Positions 24,399-36,051 of a stretch of DNA of 64,000 bases are shown here, piece by piece. Location: positions 5,270,001 through 5,334,000 of the forward strand of contig NC_043023.1 in assembly GCF_006345805.1 (NCBI RefSeq). Direction: 5' to 3'. Positions within the stretch are counted from its first letter, which is position 1. Each line of letters opens with the position of its first letter. Origin of the DNA: Octopus sinensis. Lineage: Eukaryota. The notes beneath the pieces are model-generated. The model did no database searches, was not told the DNA's origin, and saw only the letters and a list, made by a program, of their open reading frames with translations. The position numbers and the translations under genes were made by a program.

Positions 24399-25599
24399 TT
24401 GGGTCATTCCATAGAGAATGCAGTTTTTTCAATTGCATGAACTAAAAATCAGAGGGGGATGGGATAAACTACCTGCATCAACTTGCTATAAAAGCAGGTA
24501 GTAATTTTACCTTGTACTTATCCTTAGTTCAAGTTTTGAAGAGTGCAGTTCGATTTTAAGAGTTATTTTTTCAAAGCTATAATGGAAGGAGCATATTCGG
24601 AGGAGCATATTCGGCATATTTTGCTTTATGAGTTCAATAAAGGCAACAACACAATGGAAAATGTGAGGAATACTAATGCAGTATAAGGGGATTGGATGAT
24701 AATCATAAGCCAGTGGTTCCAGAAATTCTGAGCTGGAAACTACAGCCAAGAAAATGAGTCTCATCCTGGAAGATCTGTAGAGCTTGATGAGAATGTCCTG
24801 CAAACCTTGGTGGAACAAAATCCCATTGTAACTGTTGAGAAACTAGCAGAGAAGATTGGATTTGGTCATTCAACCATTCATTGATACATGCGTGCCATTG
24901 GAAAAGTCTAATTGTGTGCAGAGAGTGAATGTGTGCTCTGCTTTGCTGTCACATCTCACAAATGAACCTTTTTTGAACCAAATAGTGACTGGTGACAAGA
25001 AATGGGTCCTCTATAAAGTGTCAAGCGCTGAAGAAGACAGTGGGTAAGGAAAGAAGCAACACCGACACCCCAGGCTAAAGAAGGTCTTCACCCCCATAAG
25101 GTGTTATTATCTGTTTTGGTGGGATAGGAAAAGTTTAGTCCACTTTGAACTTTTAAACCCAAACCAAACAATAACAAAGGAGATCTGAGAGCAGCTTGAG
25201 TGGCTTAAGTCAGCGCTAGAAGAAAAACGACCATCTTCGGTTTCACGACAGTGAGGATGACATTCAATTCCAAAGGCTGGAGCAGTTTGAATGGGAAATG
25301 ATGCCCTACCGACCATAATCGCTGGGCATTGCCCCATCTGATTATCATTTATTCCACAGTCTTCAAAATCATTTGTACAGAAAAAATATAAATTCTGTAG
25401 ATGAGGTCAGAACAGTACTGGAGAATTTTTCATCGTGGACAAGTGAATTTTGGAAGAGGAGCTTTGCAAGTCTACCAGATAGATGGAAGAGCATTGTAGA
25501 AAATGAAGGAGAGTATTTTTTAGATTAAAAAAGAACTTTATCTTAATTTTGAAAAATAAAAGAAGTATCAGAAACTGCATTATTTATGGGATGACCCAA
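24399..25599 (+). mobile_element. Near full-length decayed mariner element
   Basis: TIRs ttgggtcattccata..gaatgcagttt and aaactgcattatttatgggatgacccaa. Fragments EHIRHILLYEFNKG, FLNQIVTGDKKWVLY and PSDYHLF.SLQNHL. Confidence 0.9.
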
Positions 25600-26084
25600 T
25601 TATATAGAAAAGGTATAGGACTGCTTCTGTATGGTTTACCTTGAATCACATATAAGGTCCATGTTAATCTTTTTTTTCTGAAGTTTTTGTTACAAAATAA
25701 ATCATTTTTACATTTATGAATTTGTTTTGGAAGATTCTTGTTGTGAAATCAAGTGTTGAAACAGATATTATATTTTGGGATGATCAAATTTTTTTTCCAA
25801 ATAAACAAAATAAGAGGATACACATTGATGACGTAGTTGCTGAAGAGGTCACAGATGTGTGACGACAGGTTTCAGATGTGTGAGGAAAGATTTCCAGAGA
25901 CTGGATATAAGATAAAATAAGAACAAAAATAAAGGAGTGAAGAACAAATATATAGTGCATGTGTTTATTTGGCAAATAAAATAAACAACAAAATCATATC
26001 TAGTTTAAGAAACTGTTTCTTGCAAATACTGTGACTTAATTATATTTTATCTTTTATTTGTTTCAGTCATTCAACTATGGCCAT

Positions 26085-26565
26085 GAGATTTCCCTGAAAC
26101 CCTAGGAGCAAGTGCCCTCTCTGATTCCTTCTCTCTGACTCAAAGGTCTACACATAGAGAAGTACCATCCACTCTCGCCATTTTCGCAACTTTCACCTAC
26201 CTTTCAATAAACTCACTCAAGGACAGCACTTCCCTCTGCACTTTCTCAATTACCTTTTCAAGTAAAACTCGAAGGAATCAATGAGAGATCTGCCAAAGGG
26301 GAATGCATCTGTCCTCATGCCTTTCAGCCTTGTCTACCAAACAACTTCTTTCAGCACAGCCACCAGACAAAGGAAAACTGCCTTGCCTGTCTGGTTGAAG
26401 GAGGGCGGTGGTGCGATCATTACTAGACTCAGTTGATAGACAGACCATCCCACACATGACAGCAGCTGTTGAACATAACCCCACAAGTCAGCAGTGCCCG
26501 GACACTGAACAAGGGCATGCAGAATGGTTTCATCACTCTGCGCACACCTCGGACAAATCTGTCAT
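26085..26565 (-). mobile_element. Tx1/L1-like LINE C-terminal CCHC zinc-finger fragment
   Basis: ICPRCAQSDETILHALVQCPGTADLW...KAVFLCLVAVLKEVVW. Confidence 0.8.
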
Positions 26566-26645
26566 AATAACAATATAGTATAAACAAAATGCTTTGGTGT
26601 GTGACTTCTGGCCCAGCCTCTGTGTGTATGTGTGTGTATGTACAG

Positions 26646-26676
<31 letters not shown>

Positions 26677-26701
26677 TATATAAATATATATATATATATA
26701 C

Positions 26702-26850
26702 ACTAGCGAAGCTAGAGTGTATGCTGCCTAAGGGCAGCCCTTCCGTTTTCCACTCCTGAACTCCACAAAAAGCACATATTGCCTACAGTAGACCCAAAAG
26801 TGGTGTCTGTTTAAAAGTGCTGCCCCTCCCACCCCCGCCTAGCTATGCTA
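26702..26850. mobile_element. Small MITE-like insert in (TA)n
   Basis: Imperfect terminal inverted repeat ctagcgaagctag / ctagctatgctag. Confidence 0.4.
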
Positions 26851-26852
26851 GA

Positions 26853-26903
<51 letters not shown>

Positions 26904-27807
26904 TATACATATGTATGTGTGCGTTAGCATATATGTGAAGGTGTATATTTTTATATATGTGCATAGATATGTATATATAGATGCTTGTGTTTATGATACA
27001 CACACACACACACACATATTCTCAGATACATACAAATATATACATTTTACACTAACATATGTATGTGCACACACACATAATCACAGAGTCCCGTAAAAGT
27101 GTACACCCACACAAGTACGTGTACACTCATACACACACACACACGCACACACACACTCACACACCAGTATCAAGAGAATACCTTGCTATAATTAGCAACC
27201 ATCTCGATACCGTATTACAAGAAGCAGAAACATCTTCCACTCTGGCATCCAGTAAGTAAAGATATATATATATATATTTATACATACATCTATACATACA
27301 TACGTATATGTGTGTATATGTATATATGTATATATATATATATAAAACTTATCTAAACCTAATATGCCTACAACATCTAAGACACCACTAATCTTAGAAG
27401 TTAGCAAGAACAGCAGAAGGCACATCAACATCACCATTATCACAACTGGGAGAGAGGATGAAATATGTGAGGAGATGCTGGCTGAGAAAGGATGCGCCGA
27501 AAGTGTGAGCCAGGGTGTAGTCTTAGGTCAGGTTTTGAATGTGGTAGTGGTAGCTGTGACTTGTGTTAGTGTAGCACGGAGCAGGAAAAAAGAGAACAAG
27601 AGAGTAAGAAAGCTATCAGCCTACTCAGGTTACACTGAGGAATATAGGTAGGCTGTCAGGTAGGTAGGTAAGGTGAGGAAATTTAGGTAAGAGTAATGCA
27701 GTACTGTAAAACCATGCAAAGCTGTAGTATCAGCCCAAGCTAGCAAAGGGATTTTTCAGGGTAGTTCTCCTAGCAGATGTAAAGTGAGAACACCTGGAGA
27801 TTTATTT

Positions 27808-27839
<32 letters not shown>

Positions 27840-27869
27840 TATACAAGCATACTTTTAACTGAGAAATAG

Positions 27870-28345
27870 GTGGGGAGGTGGGAAAGGTGATTGAGGTAGT
27901 CCACATAAGTGTGTGATAGGAAATTTATGCTAAGTAGTACAACAACTATTCGGCAATTATTTCTGTCTGTATTCCTCAACCAGGACTGCCAGATAAACAA
28001 AATGATTGATTTTTATGATGCCATTTTGCAAACAAGCTCAATGACAAATGACAGTGATCTTATCTTCATGGCTGGTGACTTCCATGCCATGTTTCACAGT
28101 ATCTAGGTGGCTTCCATAGTGCGCACGGAGGGTATGAAGTTGTTTCATGAAATGAAGTGCGAACAAGGCTACTGGAGTTCTGCAATGCAAATGACCTAAT
28201 GATCTGCATCACCAACTTTAGTAAACCAGCCTTTCACCTGATCACCCATCAATCTAGTTGCCACACAAACCAGGTTGACTATATTCTCACCAGAAAACAG
28301 GATAAGAGGTGAAGAATATAATCCTCAACATAAGTTTCTTATGAT
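27870..28345 (+). mobile_element. RTE LINE AP-endonuclease remnant
   Basis: LIFMAGDFHA...RLLEFCNANDLMIC.TNFSKPAFHLIT.Q....QVDYILTRKQD. Confidence 0.8.
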
Positions 28346-28399
28346 TTAGCTGTGTGGGTATAGAGTCTCCCTTGGTTTTACTACAGAATCTTGCTTACC

Positions 28400-28635
28400 T
28401 ATTTCTTTACTACCCACAAGGGGCTAAACACAGAAGGGACAAACAAGGACAGACATACGGATTAAGTCAATTATATCGACCCCAGTGCGTAACTGGTACT
28501 TATTTGATCAACCCCGAAAGGATGAAAGGCAAAGTCGACCTCGGCGGAACTTGAACTCAGAACGTAACGGCAGATGAAATACGGCTACACATTTCGCCCG
28601 GTGTGCTAACGTTTCTGCCAGCTTGCCGCCTTGCT
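28400..28635 (-). mobile_element. SINE family B, near-consensus copy (others at 1-75, ~19870-20050, 41070-41295, 41400-41560, 45030-45235, 48990-49200, 54770-54970, 58010-58160)
   Basis: Head ggcggcaagctggcagaaacgttagc and tail gccccttgtgggtagtaaagaaatagg. Confidence 0.85.
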
Positions 28636-28965
28636 TGTTACATATTCACTCGTGGAAATAAAATAAGAAACAAACTAAAAATAACAGTGAGACTTTATTC
28701 CTCTGCTAAATAATACAATGGACAAAATAAACACATCACAGATTCTGGTGGTTATAGTTCATCCATCATTTGGATAATTCAGCCCTGGCCATCATTGGTT
28801 ACATGTGCTTCATTATAAAGGCACAAAAATAACATAATTTGCCTTCATGAAAATTGCACACCCCTTTGTCATAGATGATTTTGTTAACTCAATATATATG
28901 CGGAGGTAGGATCCAGTGTAGATTCAGGTTAGTTTTAGAATGTATTACATACAATATACAATGTG

Positions 28966-29112
28966 ATTGGATTCTTGATCCAGTCCTGCACAATACTCAA
29001 CCAATCAAAGTATAGGACTCAACCAATGTTCCAAACACAAATGATAGGTCAAACGACCACTCAATGTGTGGAGCCTATAAAAGGCTAATCGACTCCAATA
29101 TGCCATAATAGG
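28966..29112 (+). promoter_or_regulatory. Putative promoter-like cluster: 3 CCAAT, TATAAAA, CArG
   Basis: attgg 28966, ccaat 29001 and 29023, TATAAAA 29076-29082, CCATAATAGG 29103-29112. Motif evidence only. Confidence 0.3.
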
Positions 29113-29670
29113 AATTGGTCACACTACAGTGACTTCAGACTTTGGACTAGAAGGATTTCAAGAAGCAAACCTGCCTGGAAAAGGAATATTTCATCATTTG
29201 AATAGTCAGATATTAGGAACTTTGCAAACAGAACAGAGGTGTAGCTAGGTTCTAAAGTTTGGGGGAGTAAGCACATTAGTAAAAAAAGGGTTCCACAACA
29301 CATAACAAAAAATTTTTAACTCATTTTTCTTACATTATTGACATTTGACAGATATTTGTCCTCATCTTGTTTGTTGTTAGCACATCAAAACAAGACGAGA
29401 ACAAATATCCGTCAAATGTAAATAATGTACATAATTCCTCATCTCATAAATATAGAACTGTCATTTTCCTTATATTACGCAAAATATTTCATCAGTTATA
29501 ATATATGTAACTGTATTCTACAGTCATTAATTTTATGTTTCAGTTACAATGTCATTATGTGTAAAACTTACAACTCCTGATGGAGGTGTGACATGACAAA
29601 AGATGAAACTCTACAATATCATCCAATGCTGAGATGTTATGACGTCAGGGTTTGTTTTGGTTCTTCAAAT

Positions 29671-30863
29671 GTAGGAGTGGCTGTGTGGCAAGTAGCTTGC
29701 TTACCAACCACATGGTTACGGGTTCAGTCCCACTGCGTGGCATCTTGGGCAAGTGTCTTCTACTATAGCCTCAGGCCGACCAAAGCCTTGTGAGTGGATT
29801 TGGTAGACGGAAACTGAAAGAAGCCCGTCATATATATGTATATATATATATATATATCATCGTCATCATCATCGTCGTTTAACGTCCGTTCTCCATGCTA
29901 GCATGGGTTGGACGGTTCGACGGGGTTCTGGGAAGCCAGAAGGCTGCACCAGGCTCAGTCTAATTTGGCAATGTTTCTACAGCTGGATGCCCTTCCTAAC
30001 GCCAACCACTCCGTGAGTGTAGTGGGTGCTTTTTACGTGCCACCTGCACAGGTGCCAGGCGGGGCTGGCAACGGCCACGGTCAGATTGGTGTATTTATGT
30101 GCCACCGGCACGGAAGCCAGACGGGCGGTGCTGGCATCGGCCACGAGTTGGATAGTGCTTTTTACGTACCAGTGCTTTTTACGTACCACCAGACCAGGGA
30201 TCCTGGCTGGTTCAATTCGATTTCGATTTCGCTTGCCCCAACTGTCTTCACAAGCAAGGGGGTTGGCAAGGGTGCCTGTCGTACGGTCGCATTGGAGTAT
30301 TTTACGTGCCACGGCCACGAGTCGGATAGTGCTTTTTACGTACCACCAGACCAGGGATCCTGGCTGGTTCAATTCGATTTCGATTTCGCTTGCCCCAACA
30401 TGTCTTCACAAGCAAAGGAGGTTGGCATGGGTGCCTGTCGTACGGTCGCATTGGAGTATTTTACGTGCCACGGCCATGAGTCGGATAGTGCTTTTTACGT
30501 ACCACCAGGCCAGGGATCCTGGCTGGTTCAATTCGGTTTCGATTTCGATTTCGCTTGCCCCAACATGTCTTCGCAAGCATGGGGGGTTGGCATGGGTGTC
30601 TGTCGTCGGATGGTGTGTGTGTGTGTGTGTATGTTTGTGTGTGTGTGTGAGTGTATGTTTGTGTGTCTGTGTTTGTCCTCCAAACATCACTTGACAACTG
30701 ATGCTGGTGTGTTTATGCCTCCATAGCTTAGCGGTTCGGCAAAAGAACCGATAGAATAAGTTCTAGGCTTACAAAGAATAAGTCCTGGGGTTGATTTGCT
30801 CGACTAAAGGCAGTGCTCCAGTATGACCACAATCAAATGACTGAAACAAGTAAAAGAGTAAAA
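29671..30863 (+). mobile_element. SINE family A with an RTE-3'-derived insert containing a 159-bp x ~3 minisatellite (30141-~30610)
   Basis: SINE head and tail flank the insert. tttacgtgcc recurs at 30301 and 30460. Confidence 0.8.
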
Positions 30864-31167
30864 GGGCTACCAACACATGACAGGAGATTGAGCAGACAGT
30901 TCAAAAACACGAGAAGTTGGTCAAATAATGTAATGATTCCAGAAAGTTCTTCCAAAGCTATGTGAGTAACAAAAGAGAGGGAGAGAGAGAAACAGAGAAC
31001 TGACTTTTATTATACAAGTGAAATAAAGAATTAAAAAGTATTGTTGAAAAGGGCTCAATTTTGAAAAATGTGCTTGGTGGGGAGCATTTGCTCCTATTAC
31101 TACCCTATTATCTATGCCACTGATGGGGGATTCTGCTTGCTCCTGAACAAAGGTCTTCACAAGATTT

Positions 31168-31591
31168 GGATCTTTTCGGTTTGAACGGCAGTTTTTTCTA
31201 GCGGTGTCATATGAAATTGTCACCCATAATTATGACCCTAGTATCGAGCTATTGCATTTCAATCTGTTTTAGGGTTAGGGTTAGTTAGGGTTAGGGGTGG
31301 GGGAAGGGTATCTTTTTTTTCTTCACAAATGTAAATAAACCCAATCTGTTTCTTAAACGAGGGACATATTCATATGGCACAGAATGTTTTCACCTCAATA
31401 GACGTCATTGATTGGTTGAAATTGCAGAAATTGAAGAAAAAACACAAATATTTTACAAACTATAGAATTTTCTCTATAAAGCCTAGAGAAAAAGATGTCT
31501 TATAAACACATTCTACCAGGATTCGAAGTTTAAAATTTTTTAGTTACGGGGAAATTATTTTAAAAAACTGCCGTTCAAACCAAAAAGATCC
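31168..31591. mobile_element. 424-bp non-autonomous DNA transposon with 8-bp TSD and internal TTAGGG-like repeats
   Basis: TIR ggatcttttcggtttgaacggcagtttt / aaaactgccgttcaaaccaaaaagatcc. TSD caagattt at 31160-31167 and 31592-31599. Confidence 0.88.
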
Positions 31592-31949
31592 CAAGATTTT
31601 CATGAGTGCTCCCAAGCTGCCAACTTCTATGAAAGAGAAAAACTCTAGCCATCAATAGAACCATGTTCTATACATGGAATAGTCAGCTGGAAATTATGCT
31701 ATACCATTCTGGGTATAGAGCAGTGGAGTTAGGCCAATCCAAATATTTTCAATTTGCTTTGCAATCATTTTGACATCTGGTGTGGGCCACTTCATGTACC
31801 AATATAGGCAATGTCGATTTGATTTGAGGGAGTTGATATAAAGAAAGATATAATTACTATAAACAAATTATCTGTTATTGTTGTTCACTGTCGTTTACAA
31901 CAAATTTTACACACACACACACAATAGATACGCACACACACAGGCGTAT

Positions 31950-32410
31950 ACAAATACGTACGTGCATACATACTAACATACATACATACGTACGTACATA
32001 CATACATGCATACATACGTACGTACGTACATACATACATACGTACGTACATACATACGTACGTACGTACATATATACATACATACATACATACATACGTA
32101 CGTACGTACGTACATACATACGTACGTACATACATACATTACATACATACATAAATACATGCATGCATACATACATACATGCATACATACATTACATACA
32201 TGCATGCATGCATGCATGCGTATATACATACATACATACAAACATACATACATACACACATACATTCACTCATACATTCACTCATACATACATACATACA
32301 TTCACTCATACATACATACATTCACTCATACATACATACATTCACTCATACATACATACATACATACATACATACATACATACATACATACATACATACT
32401 AACATACATA
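31950..32410. repeat. (TACA/TACG/TGCA)n tetranucleotide tract (other long SSRs: AGAT/AGAC 22260-22740, TG 23360-23680, TA tracts 45300-61170, AAT 62210-62940 and 63660-63815)
   Basis: Seen directly in the sequence. Confidence 0.95.
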
Positions 32411-32479
32411 CAGTCGTCCAATAATTTTTATAAGGTGAAAAAAAGACATCAACTGGGTGTTACGAGACAAAAATATTAT

Positions 32480-33087
32480 ACATAAACATTTATTTAGATG
32501 AAAGAAAATTACCAGAGAACTTCTAATTCTTCCAAATTTTTCTGTTAAAACTGTATTGAAACCATTTTGTCACAGCAACTGGTCGCACACCGCAAGGTTT
32601 AAAGGAACCCACTGAAGCAAGCCATCACGGGCGATGGCGAGACTAGGCTTTGGGAAATCCAAGCGCCCCCACGGGAGCAACACCTGACACCTCGGTGAGG
32701 TGAGATGCCAATGTTGACAAGAAGTCCGCAGTTAGTGAAAACCCTGAAGCATCGGGACCTGACAGTACTATCTCTGTGGCGTTTAAGGGGTACGGAGGGA
32801 CCGGGCCACTAACCGCGAAGTTCTTGCCAACATTGGCAGCCCACCTCACCGAGGTGGTCAGGTGTTGCTCCCGTGGGGGCGCTTGGCTTTCCCGACGCCT
32901 TAGTCTCGCCATCGCCCGTGGTAATGTTGCGACCGTGATAGCTTGCTTCAGTGGGTTCCGTTAAACCTTGAGGTGTGCGACCAGTTGCTGTGACAAAATG
33001 CTTACAATACAGTTTTAACAGAAAAATTTGGAAGAATTAGAAGAAAGTTCTCCGGTAATTTTCTTTCATCTAAATAAATGTTTATGT
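32480..33087. mobile_element. Palindromic pair of CRE-like LINE 3' ends
   Basis: AFKGYGGTGPLTAKFLPTLAAHL...WLSRRLSLAIARGNVATVIACF on plus. An inverted copy occupies 32480-32737. Confidence 0.8.
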
Positions 33088-33298
33088 TAATTTAGGAATT
33101 TGCCAGCAAAATCTTATAAAAAGGCAATGTTCTAAAAGAGGGATATGTCTATATGTGATATATAAAAATAAAAGTCTGTTAAATTAAAAAAATAATAAAT
33201 TTCATGAAAACTAAATTCAGACGAAATACTTCAGCTGGCAAGATGATGATTCGAACCATTTCATTGAAATTCTTTCGTTGATGAAAGTGAATATTATT

Positions 33299-33435
33299 AG
33301 GTTGTCCCAAAAGTTCGTAAACACTTGCGAAAATTGAATTTTTACTCGCCAAGTACTAACAAAAACAACAAAAATTATTCCTCAAAATAAAGACCATTAT
33401 TTTCCAAGACTTTCTACGAACTTTTGGGACAACCT
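33299..33435. mobile_element. Mariner-type MITE
   Basis: Perfect 21-bp TIR aggttgtcccaaaagttcgta / tacgaacttttgggacaacct in TA context. Confidence 0.8.
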
Positions 33436-34137
33436 TATATTTATATCTGAAAGCCATTAAACAAATAACGAAGATTTAAGAAATAGTGAACATTTATTAA
33501 CGAAGATTCCAATGAAAGGAAGAAAGAATTTGAGGAACAGACGATTGATTTAATACAGGCAAAAAATGATCAAATATTCAGGAAATTGTCCGAGACGTGT
33601 TAAATAATTAAATGAATAATTCAGGTTTTTCTTTTTTACGGAAGATATATCAACCTCAATGAATATTTCAGACAAAATTTCAACGAAAATGCTTCGTCTT
33701 TATCCAACGAGTATTCAAAATTGTTTCATAAAAATGATTGATTTCCATTAAAATATAACTTCGTTTTATATTTCAATGAAATATAAATATTATAAACATG
33801 TTAAACTTGAACAAAATGACTGATATCAGACAAATAATTATATTATACCGGGAATGATTGATGATTTCCTTCGTCTTGTTCAATGAGAAGATTTTCTCCA
33901 AATGTCAGACGACTTCTGTTGACGAAATGACGGACTTTTTTCCGCGAACGTTTTTTTCCGAGTTTTTTTTTAAATTTTATTTTAATCGTTTTTGTTTTAC
34001 CTTTAAATAATTATCAAAATTATAAAAATCGACTATCTTTTTGTTTCGTATATCAATAACAAAAATATATATTGAAAAACAATGAATGGATTTAGTACGT
34101 GGAAACTGATAGAAGCCGTGGTGTGTGTGTGTGTGTA

Positions 34138-34172
<35 letters not shown>

Positions 34173-34389
34173 ACGAGGGTGTCGAAAAGTTCCTGGCTTT
34201 GGGTGAAAGAAAATATAGGTGTGTCACTTAATTATGATTTTATTCAACAGATTCACAGGCTTATTGCAACATCACGTTTACACACACACACACACACACA
34301 CACATTTTATTACATGTATAACACGTATGTATGTGATACTTATGACAAAACAAAGAAAAAGGGAGAAAGTAAAATAAGCAAAAAAGCCT

Positions 34390-35495
34390 CAATGCAGCAC
34401 CAAGTTCTTCAATTGGTCACACACCACAATGTTCAACAAAACCTGCTGAAGCAAACCAGCATTACCAAGAGTGATGGCGAGACTAAGGCATTGGAAAAGC
34501 CAAGCACCCTCACAGGTATCACCTGACACCTTGGCAAGGTGAGCTGCTAACGATGACAAGAACTTCACCATTAGTGGTACAGTCCCACCAAATGTCTCAA
34601 ACGCCACAAGCTGGAAGAGATAGTTCATTGCCAGTTCCCAATACTTCAGGGTTTTGATCTGGACTAATTCCAACAGGGAGATGGATGAAGTTCTGTTACA
34701 GTGGATAGAGCTGGGTTTGTCAGTTCCTGTTACAGTTGAAGATTGACGGAAGCAGAGAGTATGGGACAATCTGCATCCAGGTGCCCCTTTCAATTCTCTC
34801 CTTGATCAATCTGATCAATTTTCAAGATGTTGCCTACTTTCTGCTAGTACAAAATTCTCAGAGGACTGGATCGATGCCCTGCCTGGGGCCAACATTGGAG
34901 GTCTACTTAGTCTTGTTAAGCTCCACATTTCCATCACACTCAGAATGGGAACTGATCTCTGTGGGGTTCTGAGATGTCACTGTTGCAGCCTCTTGACTGC
35001 ACAGGTCTTCACAGTCTGTCTTGCCACCCAAATGTCAGTCATTTTGCTCATCAGATTGAGCTAAACTTAATCATTAAGAGGGCTCTGGCTTGGATTAATA
35101 TCTCCTCAGTTTTGGAGCAAGCAGGATTATCCAGAAGTGATGGGAATGGTCTTACCCTCTGTCCCTTATCTGAGATACCAAAGTCTGCAACTCTTTTGCT
35201 CCCTCCCATATCCTGGATGCAGCGGTAAATGGAAGGGTTACTGCTTCTGTGGTCAAATGGAACAAAACCCTGGGGTATCAGGACCTGACAGTGAAATATC
35301 TCTTCCAAGCTGTGGTGTTTGAGATGTTTGGAGAGACTGGGCCACTAACAGTGAAGTTCTTGTCATTATTGGCAGCTCACCTAACCAAGGTGCCAAGTGA
35401 TGCCTGTGTGGGTGCATGCCTTTTCCAACATCTTAGCCTCACCATTGCCCGTGATAATGATGTGAGCATGCTGGCTTGCTTCAGTAGGTGTTTTT
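34390..35495. mobile_element. Older CRE-like LINE fragment (+, ~34745-35495) with an inverted 3'-end copy (-, ~34390-34745)
   Basis: ELNLIIKRALAWINISSVLEQAGLSRSDG. VFEMFGETGPLTVKFLSLLAAHL...FQHLSLTIARDN. Mirrored VAFETFGGTVPLMVKFL...FQCLSLAITLGNA. Confidence 0.8.
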
Positions 35496-35529
35496 GAACC
35501 TTGTATATACACAGTGGATATCCTGAATA

Positions 35530-36051
35530 CCGTAAATCCTCAAGTATAATCTACATTTTTTCTCAAAATTTAAAGGTCAAAATCCCTAGTACGTACTATA
35601 TACGAGGTTAAAAATGAAAAATATTTTCTAAGCAATGTCCGAGTCTCTATTTGCTGTCTGGCAATGTTTATTCAGATGCATTTTGTGATGTCAGGCGTGA
35701 AAATACCTTAAGCTAAGCCCAAAAGAAATTAAATCATAAAAGAATCATCCATAACTTGCAGTAAACAACATTTATTAAAATAAAAGTATTCAGAACACAG
35801 AATAACATGTAAAAAAAAACAATTTGCAAGCATATTTACATTCCCATATAATAGTTAAGAACATCACCATTATTGTATTACGCATGCGCGGAATTGTTTG
35901 TTCAACTAGGTACTGCTGGCTTAATTATGCACGACTCAAGTTAGAGAAGAGGTGCGTATTATACACAAGGTTTAGGTTTTTCAGAATTACAGCCCCCTAA
36001 AAATCTCCTGCGTATTATACTCAAGGGTGAACTATACTCGAAGATTTACGG
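35530..36051. mobile_element. 522-bp Tc1/mariner-superfamily (pogo-like) MITE
   Basis: TA|ccgtaaatcctcaagtata ... tatactcgaagatttacgg|TA. Confidence 0.85.

Noticed and set aside
29908-30726. 272-aa and 222-aa ORFs with internal repeats
   Set aside because: They span an RTE 3' UTR, a 159-bp minisatellite and a SINE tail, with no protein motif.
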